Assembly (NCBI GenBank): GCA_965644295.1
Contig: CBFFRP010000373.1
Location: 124,001-188,000, forward strand
DNA from: Paraphysomonas bandaiensis
Taxonomy: Eukaryota; Protista; Chrysophyceae
Direction: 5' to 3'
Length of the DNA stretch: 64,000 nt
The notes below the pieces were generated by a model. That model saw nothing but the letters and a program-made list of their open reading frames with translations, was not told where the DNA came from and made no database searches. The position numbers and the translations under genes are program-made. Shown here piece by piece: positions 1 through 9,114 of the stretch; within the stretch, counting starts at the first letter, position 1; each line of letters begins with the position of its first letter.

Positions 1-348
1 ATCATTGTCCTTCGGACCGGGAGCAATGATCGTAAAGCTGTCATCTGTGGGGGCTACACCAGCAGTTTGAACCTTGCGATTGAGTAAATAATTTACAAAA
101 CTCGATTTTCCAGAGGAGTGATTGCCTAAAAGAAAAACGAAAGGGAAAATAGTATTCTTATTCGTGGCTTTATCCAACGGGCCTTTGCATCTATCGTTCA
201 GTGGTTCTATGCTCTTTAATATTTTCTGACAATCAAGAATAACGCCTGGGGAGTCGCGAATGCCGCCAAAATTTCTGACGGCAAGTGGTCTATACGTCGA
301 TGCATGGCCACAAACCATTACTCTTGACAATCGGAAACCGCGAGCCAT
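1..348 (-). CDS. EHD/sarcalumenin-like dynamin-superfamily P-loop NTPase, 5' part (runs off the window)
   Basis: Manual translation from the ATG at 348 (absent from the ORF track): MARGFRLSRVMVCGHASTYRPLAVRNF...PFVFLLGNHSSGKSSFVNYLLNRKVQTAGVAPTDDSFTII. The P-loop GNHSSGKS and GVAPTDD motif are typical of EHD-like proteins. Confidence 0.8.
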   Translation of the reverse strand, partial: MARGFRLSRVMVCGHASTYRPLAVRNFGGIRDSPGVILDCQKILKSIEPLNDRCKGPLDKATNKNTIFPFVFLLGNHSSGKSSFVNYLLNRKVQTAGVAPTDDSFTIIAPGPKDND

Positions 349-639
349 AACACACTACCGTATAAACCCTCAAGCACAGCAGTTTCTAGTTTACTAAGTA
401 TTATATGTACACTCCGCAATTTTACCATGCAAGTGAGTGATGCAATGATGAAATATGCTCACATATTGAGGCAGCCACTGTCATACTGCTGTATGACTCA
501 AGAATTCACAACAAAAATCACAAATTCTGAAAGTATGCTAGAAATTCCTAATATATCTGCAGCTAGTTCCTACAAATCGCTGGTTTTGATCGATATAAAA
601 TTCAGATATGCTCATAAAAGGCTATAAATTCAGGGTATG

Positions 640-1060
640 AGCTTGAGCGCGACATGGTATTGTGCGGCTAATATTGTTGTTTGACGTGATGTAAGCAAGT
701 GATATGATACCTCCATTGATACGGTGGTGTTGAGATGCTAATTGTACCTTGCGATATAGAGCTGCTGAAGATCTCTGAACACATATTATGAAGATGATCT
801 TCCATTCACCGGTCAGTTAAGGTCACAATGAAGTAGCGCAATTGGATACAGTACTGTGCTATGTTTATGTCATATATCGAGCTACATGCGAGATATGGGC
901 GTCCAGTACTCTGTGTGGTGGTGTTGCTGCTCTTATGAGGAATACAATACAATGACGAACATTGTGTTGATGGTGAGTATAATCTCTGGATTGTGTTGTA
1001 GATATCGTTGTTTGATATGAGGAGATGATAAGACATCTCCAGTGATACGTTATGGATAAG
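640..1060 (-). pseudogene. Possible highly degraded LRR-gene relic
   Basis: Scattered minus-strand fragments such as SNNNISRTIP and ISNNDIYNTI resemble the LxxNxLxGxIP repeat; many stops. Confidence 0.25.
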
Positions 1061-1519
1061 ATATATTACTTATTAAGAATCACAAGTGATTAATTGTATT
1101 TTGATTTCTATTCAAGGAGCTATATTTCTATGCTGTATCGAGACAATTCTTCTTTCTAGAGTATTTGTCAACTAGTTGCCTACATAAGCTGTAGGAAACA
1201 TATTCTTCACTACCTACCTCGTTGGTCTCACAATTGTCCTCAAATTTATACACTACATACACACAACGATGAAAAAATCGTTTCCGTGTGTTATCTTCCT
1301 TTCCGCTATTTGTAAAAAATGAGGCTGTTCTTTAGTTTCTTTTATGTATGTGTACTGTCGTCTGTGTATTGCTCATGGTGGTCCTCACCATAGCATGTTG
1401 TTACTTATCATAGTACTCAACAATAAAGTCGCCTGTAGTCTGTAGTCCTGTTATAGTCCCATATCCCATGGAGAGAAAAACACTTCAAATAAAGAATTGT
1501 GTTTTGTATTCAACAAGTG

Positions 1520-2573
1520 TTAAAAGTAATTAATTGTAATTATTACTTGCTGTCTCAATTTCAATTATTGAAATTAATTGCAATTATTTAGAACTAAAAT
1601 ACACTAGCTGCCAATATGGCTACCTCAACTGTCACTTCATTCCAGAGGCGACGATTCATGTGTAACAACATAAGTTGCTCGCAAATGTCGAGAAGTCAAA
1701 TTCTTGCGCAAATTCGTCATAACAATCTTAGCTCTACTGAATAACCTTTCAACCTTATTGGTTGTAGCATGCAAGTGCTTCATGCTGCAGTAATGAGTTT
1801 GTTGGTTACGTCTTGCTTGCTTCCACTGCCAGCTAACATTAAACGTTGCGCTGCGTCGTCATTCGGAACTAGCCTCGCAGAGTATTAATCTTCTTCATCC
1901 TCTTCTAGAAAAGATATTTTAATTTGATTCTTTTCCGTCCGAGTTACGGCTTCGTTGCCACATTGAATCTTCACGACTGCCTTTTGAAAGCAGCGTTATG
2001 AATAATAGCTGCATTGTCGCCCAGATGACGCTCGACAATCGGGTGCCTTACGTTAAGTTCGTCAAACAACGTGTAAACGTCAAGTTCGTGTTTACCTTAC
2101 TTCTGTAGTTGTTAGGGCACTAGTTGAAACAATTCCAATTCCTCTCGTAATTGCACGAGCTTTATGGCAAATGATTCATGTGAAGCAAGTAGCAGTCAAA
2201 TGATTCAATCTTCTTCCTACAGGACGAGTCTCTACTGTAGCCTCTTCGATATTATCATTTATTTTCTCAAACTTTCAAACTCTTAGAACACTCGTAAAAT
2301 TACTTCTGGTACCAGTTTATCACTCATATCGCTAATTAATTAAATGAATTACTATGTGAGATAATTTTTAACAACTTTTTAGCATAAAGAGGTGGTATTT
2401 TTTGATTAATTAATTGAAGCAAGCTGGAGTCAATTATGATTTGAAGTCAGTGTGATTGTGAAACCTGGTAAGGTGATTTCACCAGGTTTCATATATGGAA
2501 AAGTTTCATATAAGTACTTATTTCAATAATTGACAACTAATTGAAATTCAATTAATTGGTACACGCAGCCCTG
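1520..2573 (-). mobile_element. Degenerate hAT DNA transposon
   Basis: Minus strand ~1630-1780 gives HATTNKVERLFSRAKIVMTNLRKNL...EQLMLLHMNRRLW (hAT C-terminal dimerisation motif). Terminus CAGGGCTGCGT ends at 2573; AATT-rich subterminal repeats; several blocks homologous to 37010-37860. Confidence 0.7.
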
Positions 2574-2758
2574 ATTGCTATTCCCTAAGCATATACATAC
2601 ACAGTATTTGAAACAATATGACTTCTCATTTGTTTTCTTAATGTTAATCAGGGAACACCTATTTCTTCTTACGGCAAGCAAGCTACTACAATCTAATACT
2701 TAGTTTTCAACATCATGAGGATAATAATAATCCAACCAGTCATGATGGTATATAGCAA

Positions 2759-2810
2759 ACCAGCTATCTGATTATTTTATTCTATGATCTATCTATTGTA
2801 TATACTAATG
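2759..2810 (+). repeat. Interspersed repeat, copy 1 of 3 (others at 21367-21454 and 34456-34544)
   Basis: Shared core ACCAGCTATCwGrTTATTTTAT...CTATTGTATAT at three loci. Confidence 0.55.
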
Positions 2811-4027
2811 CTTGTGGTACAGTTCCTGAACCTTTGAACCCAGTTTTAGTGTATATTCTATATTATGACAAGGTGATCTTACACTTTCACACACTCCTAC
2901 TACTTACTACATATATATATGATTCGATTTAAACATAAAATGAATAGTAGAAAAGAGTAATGTAAACAATGATTGATGATACTTATAAAATTTCACTGGG
3001 TAATTCCCAGTGTTATATTCATGATGGTTAGGACCTGGATATTGTGTATAGGAGTAGTGCCGAGGAGGCGAGGAGTATGATGAGAGATTATGGAGAAGAT
3101 TATGATATTGATATGATGAGAGAAGAGAATGATAGGTGGCTGCCGAGAGCAAGTGTCTAACTACTACAGTAGAGCGAGTCGTAACTAGGACTGCTACGTA
3201 TAACGTATAACTAATTGATATATAACTAATTGATGTCTATCTGCTCTATGCGCTAGTTGATGCATAGTGTCCGTTACGTCCCTCAACCTCGGTGCGCCCC
3301 AGACTTTCTCCCAGAACGTGTCAGACGCGACGCTGCTGCAAACAAGGGAAACCGCCTACTAGTCGTGACGAGAAGGACTGCATTAGGTTCGTCACGCCCG
3401 GGATCGGACTCCTTAGCAACTACTTCTATTATCCCTGCACAAGCTACGACGTCATCTCATCATGCCCTAGGGCGGCAACAACTGCTCCCACTCACGTATC
3501 ATCTAGCCTCTACATCTCACATCCTGCACACATAATAATGCCTCACCCCCGCAGCACCAAACCGCCTGTTATTTCTCCACCCCAGGTCCAACTGGCGAAC
3601 TGCGTCTGCTCATGATAATCCGGAACCTAGGCCTACGTCTCTACTACTAAGCTGGTTCTGACTATCGAATGCCTATTGCTAATAAGCAGACATTTACATA
3701 CAACCATCAATGCCTCTGATAGTGATGGTCGCGTCACGTATATTGCGGAATCTATTTCTTCAGTGTTAACATCTCATTCATCAGTGTATAATACGTAATA
3801 CGTCGAAGTCACGAAGCATACAAACATACAAACATAGATTAGTACGTCTATGTATGTTGTGTTTGAACTAGATGTGTTTTACATCAATTGCAGTGAAATA
3901 ATACCGGTGTATCTTCCCTTATACATTGACAAAGCAGTTGTAATCAGACTGATATATTGGTATTGTGTATGAAGGCCATTCCTTGATAACTAAAAATCAG
4001 CTATAAACTAACAGAGCTCTTCGATAG

Positions 4028-4777
4028 TTACACAACTTTGAATCTACTGCATATGCATGCGGATTGTTTAACAACACCATTGTCTTCAATACTACGATAT
4101 ACCCCTTCATGCATCTCACCCTCACTATCTAGACGTGCTGCTTCTAATTTGCTAACGAAGCCCTTGACCTCTTCGATTTCCCTATCAATTTCTTCAATAG
4201 AGCTATCGCTAGCGCAATAACTAAATCCAGTATTTTCGGTAGATTGCTCACGGACATTCATACGAAGTGACCTGGCCGTAAGTAAGGAGCTCAATGCAAG
4301 TTGTGCCTCGCCCATTTCGCGTTGTGCTCTCGCAAGCGTAACATGACCATCAGACCAATCTGGTGCTAGTCTAGAAAAAATTATATTCTAATTTGTATGA
4401 CAATATCATCACCTCACAGCTTCTTCGGCAGCCTTAACTGCGGGAAATACCCTGTCCAGATGTAACAAAGCTTGAGATATCATATCGTGGACCAAAAAAT
4501 TACCAGCATCCAGCATTACACCTCGCTGCCAAACAGAAAGGGCACCCTGTATATATAACTGAGATTAGCTGTGATTACTCATATGGCAACTAAGTACTTC
4601 CATATCTCCTGACTCCGCAAGCTCGCTTCCTTTGTTTTGGTAATCGGCATCAAAGGACGAATCCATTTCTACCAAGTGACATTGAGCTGTATCATCAGGA
4701 TAAGCAAAAGCTTCTGGAACTGTTTCGCATAAAACTTTTCTCTTTTTAACCTCCTTGATTTGAAACATTGGTGCCAT
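4028..4777 (-). CDS. TPR-repeat protein, TTC33-like (3 exons)
   Basis: Introns 4547-4596 and 4371-4412 (GT-AG) join ...KGSELAESGDME|GALSVWQRGV...ISQALLHLDRVFPAVKAAEEAV|RLAPDWSDGHVTLARAQREMGE, a TTC33-type TPR pattern. Confidence 0.75.
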
Positions 4778-4890
4778 TAAACTACAGTGGAAAAGCAAGT
4801 TACGCATATATCATATCATGCTTATATCCATCCCATGCAGCATGAGCTCTGCGCTTGGTATACCGCCGTAACAACTATCATTGTACAGTC

Positions 4891-5363
4891 AGTTCTCGAT
4901 ATCGTCAATGAGGTATGGTAAAAATGTCCGTTATGGGAAATGAAATAGGCTTGGTACGGGGGTTTTAAGCTAAAACCCCCTATTTTATATAAAACTACAG
5001 TTTTTAATAAAAATCTCCTATTTTTCGTGACTATTGTAAAGGTGATTATAGAAGTTAGCAATATATTGGATACTGCTGCCTGTATGTGCAGAGAGTATGC
5101 AACAGACAGACAGAGTATCATGAACACATTCATAATTTATACTCACATTGTTGTACGTAACGATGTCAGCTCAACCAATTCGTTGCATACAAGAAGAACA
5201 TATTCAGCTGTTCAGCATTATGCAAATGGATTAAAGCCAGTGATAATGGGACATTGAAGATTGAATAAAAAACTGGCTTTTTTATAAATAAACCTGGGTT
5301 TTCCCAAATAAAACCCGGGTTTTTTATTGGTAAAAATGTCCGTTATTGTAATTCCATATCCCT
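4891..5363. repeat. MITE-like repeat with GGTAAAAATGTCCGTTAT subterminal repeats
   Basis: The motif occurs at ~4916 and ~5329; imperfect terminal inverted repeats; 4891-4929 is an exact inverted match to 53297-53335. Confidence 0.5.
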
Positions 5364-6413
5364 CAAGAAGTCTGTAAACTGTAAACTAAAACCTCCGGGC
5401 GGATGCATATATGATGATCATGATTGCTGTAAATCGTATCGGCATCCTTTGTGTATTTTTCACAGATACTTCTAGACTTACTTGGCGGGTTGCTCTACCA
5501 TACATGGTGTATGCTGTATATAGTTACAGATAAGTAATAGATACTACTGACAGTTGCAGTTTAAAGATGTATCATATCTTTATAGTTACTCTCTGATCAT
5601 ACTTTGAACAGTGCTGAGAAGGATATTGTCAGCTGTGGGTATTGGTTTGTGGGACGGTTGATGCTATCTGTCCAACAATATCCACAAATAGAAGTATGCA
5701 GATGCATTGATCATATTGTAGAATGTACTTCAAATTTACGCGATAGTGCTTAATAAGTACTGCTATATATTGTTTTTTCGATTTTCGTGACGATGTGGAG
5801 TCCAAACCCTGTAACGTGGACTTGCTTCTAATCTACATAATAAACGTGGACCTGATATAAGCATGATACCATTGACTTTGAATTGGGCTGAATATCAGCA
5901 TGGGGATGATGAGATGGCGAGGAATATTGTGACAGTGATGCTGATTCGAACTTCATGCCAAGTTATTGCTAACTGCTTAGTACTTGAGTAAATTGTCGTT
6001 GTGAACATTTCAATGAATATGTAATTCATTTGTCATGATCCCCTTACATTATAATATGCTTTGGTGGAAGCTGCCGCCACAATATGTTATTTCTTTGCAC
6101 AACCTTGTGAGGAGGTGGTTTGAGCTGTTCTACTAATGCAATATAATTGGTATTTGATTATGTAACGCTCACAGTATTATTAGTCTGCGACGAATTTGGT
6201 ATTGAGGAAAATGAGAGCAGGCAAAGTTGTTCCTGGTGTGTTTGTCTCACTTATTATTTATTTTTTTATCATATATAATTGTTAATTGTACGTGTAGTGC
6301 AATGTTGAGAATCGTAACAATCAAACTGTTCACATTTTACAAGTATCTACCACTCCTAAGAAACTGCTGCATAACTCACACGATACACTTAGCTATGGGA
6401 GTGTATAAGCTTT

Positions 6414-7651
6414 CTATAAATTAAATTTTTTCTTCGCTGCAAGTATCAAGTAAGGTTTGAAGATATAAATTATATAGATTAGATAAATGAGCATATAAAC
6501 AGGCTCAGCTTGACTGTACTTACGATCATTTGCCTTTGTTTCTATAACACTCTCCCCATGCACAAACAACACTTCCTAATATAAGCTCAGCAAACTCATT
6601 ACGGCTAAAGTAATTTTCCTATAAACAGCAAATTAGTATACGTGGTTAATTTGATATATAAGACAACCTTGTGAGGAGGTGGTTTCATTTTCGCCACGCC
6701 TTGCTCGACCTGTTCATTCTAAATCATATGCACTCATTCCAAAAATATAAATATCTAACCATTTCAGAAGAAGATTTCTGTTCGTAAGTTTTGAACGGCA
6801 ATTTTACACCAGTTTCTTTGATGCGAATTTCCGCAGGAACCTGACATGTGTTGCAACAGTCAGGCGCCGGATGACATGTATACAAATCAGCTGCAAACTA
6901 CCTGCCAAGCGGACATGAGGTGTCCAACCAAAGTAGAAGCCTGTTCATTGCTACAGTAGAGCCCTTCCTCATCATCTACGGATCCAGATCCGCGGGCAAC
7001 GTCAAACAAAATCTCTGCCCTATCAAGTGGAGAAGAGTTGGTGACATTGCTCAGCACAGTCAGCAGGAAACCCAAAGGAAGTTCAGCATCTTCCCCCAGC
7101 TGATGTTCCTCTCTATAGGTCATCACTATTCGGTCGATAATATACCCTCCCTTGACGGTATACTGCGTCTGTTCATTGAAAAATCGAATAAAGTCTTTGT
7201 ATGTCACTCTATGAGAGGGAAAATTCTGTAGGCATGAGCGCACAAAGTCGAGGTATTGGTCACATGTCAACGAATTCATTGTACGAAGCTCCGCAGATTC
7301 ATAAGGATGCAACGGCGATTCGTCATTTATCATCTCCTCGAGCTCTGTCCTGTTCCGGCTTCCACGAATCCACCAATATATAAGTGCAGCAATTGCCGAT
7401 AAAACAGCTGCTGCCAGCTTTCCAGAATGTTTGTCCAGAAAATCATCTGATTTAACTGGAGCTGGTTCATCAGGAATATCAGGTAGTTGTTTTTGAGGAA
7501 ACATCGGGCTTGATAAGGAGCTGAATAGTCGTGTTTGGAGGACAGACGGGGCTCTTAATGGTATAGAAGAAATACTATGAAGCCGACCAGTGCCTTGGAG
7601 GTATCGTACGGCTCGAAAGGTTGTGTTTTTTATTGTAATTGGAGCTCTCAT
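6414..7651 (-). CDS. Hypothetical protein with a mitochondrial-type presequence and one TM helix (about 5 exons)
   Basis: 254-aa first exon with an R/S-rich acid-free N-terminus and TM segment LAAAVLSAIAALIYWW. Downstream exons read VPAEIRIKETGVKLPFKTYE|VEQGVAKMKPPPHK|ENYFSRNEFAELILGSVVCAWGECY via GT-AG introns; the last exon is uncertain. Confidence 0.7.
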
Positions 7652-8821
7652 GGTGCAAGGGATAATAGCACCGAATATACTTTAGGGTAATGGAATTATT
7701 GTGATGTTTAATATGAATAGAAGCCTATGGAGATAATATATGTGGGTATGTGTCTATATACCACTGTATGGTATACAGCAGTATATACGTGTGTGGGGTA
7801 TAGCGCGTGGGGTTTCTGAACATCATATCATTTTTTACGATATTATAGATCATGAAACCTGAAAACCCTTATTTTACACAGTATGAAGAACAGGATAATG
7901 CTTATATTGGCTCCTTGTCGTAGATGCATAGCTAGAGTGCACAGCAGCATGTACCACAGAGTCTTATGTTTAATAATGTCTATGAAATAACGATCTCAAC
8001 TATTTTTTGATATTGAAATATATGATCCTTCTAACTGTGTTGCTTATATAATGGACTATATACACACACATCCTAACAGTAACAAGAATTACTTATAACT
8101 GACATGTATATATAAATGACTGAACTCTATGATCAGTATGCTCACACGCCTACTAGAACCTCTATACTGTATAGACTCATGGTCTCTATAAGCTCGTAAA
8201 TGTATTGGTTGGCATTTATGATATCATTTTCGGGATAGTGTATTGTGAATTCAATTATCCCATAAACAGATTTCAAATTCGTGATAGGAGAAAATGGGAT
8301 AAACGGCTTAACTAGGATGGACAAGGCACATTTTAATAGTAAGTAAAATACTGTGGTAGGAGGGTAAAGTCCTCACGTATGAGCCCCAGTTGATGGTCGA
8401 AGTATGAACATTTATACCTTTGGACAGTAACATTACCCATGCCTTACCTCGAAAGTGCACTGACCCTACAATCGCACAGGACGAAGTTATATAGGATGTA
8501 CACTTTTAAATCATTGTAAATTAGACTAATGTTAGACATCTAAAATATGTTTCAGCCTTCATGTATTCTTAATAAGGCACACTCTCTCATATCTCATATC
8601 TATTCTATATGATAATGTTCAAGTAATAATTCACATTGCCTTCTTTGTGCACATTCTAATATATTTCGTATTCTTGTATGCATCACAACTGATCTTGAGA
8701 AGCTGGGCATAATCGTGCTTCGTGCTACAATGATGTAGCCACTGGCATATCAATAGAGCGTAGATAGAACAGCTCCCAGAGAATTTATTACTCTGTGAAT
8801 GATTATAAAATATATTTGCAG

Positions 8822-9114
8822 TGTTGAGATCTGAAGATTCTATATACTTGCAATTGAGTGCAGTATTATGTGAGATGCAAGGATCGAAAGATATATATGT
8901 AATTAGTACATTATATTATGTAGTATGAAACTGAAGTAGAAGTGGATGACTATACAGGATACGATCACTGAGTGTGTGGTTTGTACACTATAGTAGTAAA
9001 TGAATGGTGTTGAACACATCGAACACAACTTAGGTTCTTTATCATGTAATGTTTATAATTTCATCTTATCAGTTGAGAATAGTAAACCTTAGCAAATAAT
9101 GTCAACTTCTGTTA
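8822..9114 (+). repeat. 5' LTR of copia A
   Basis: TGTTGAGATC...TTCTGTTA, repeated at +5000 nt. Confidence 0.95.
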
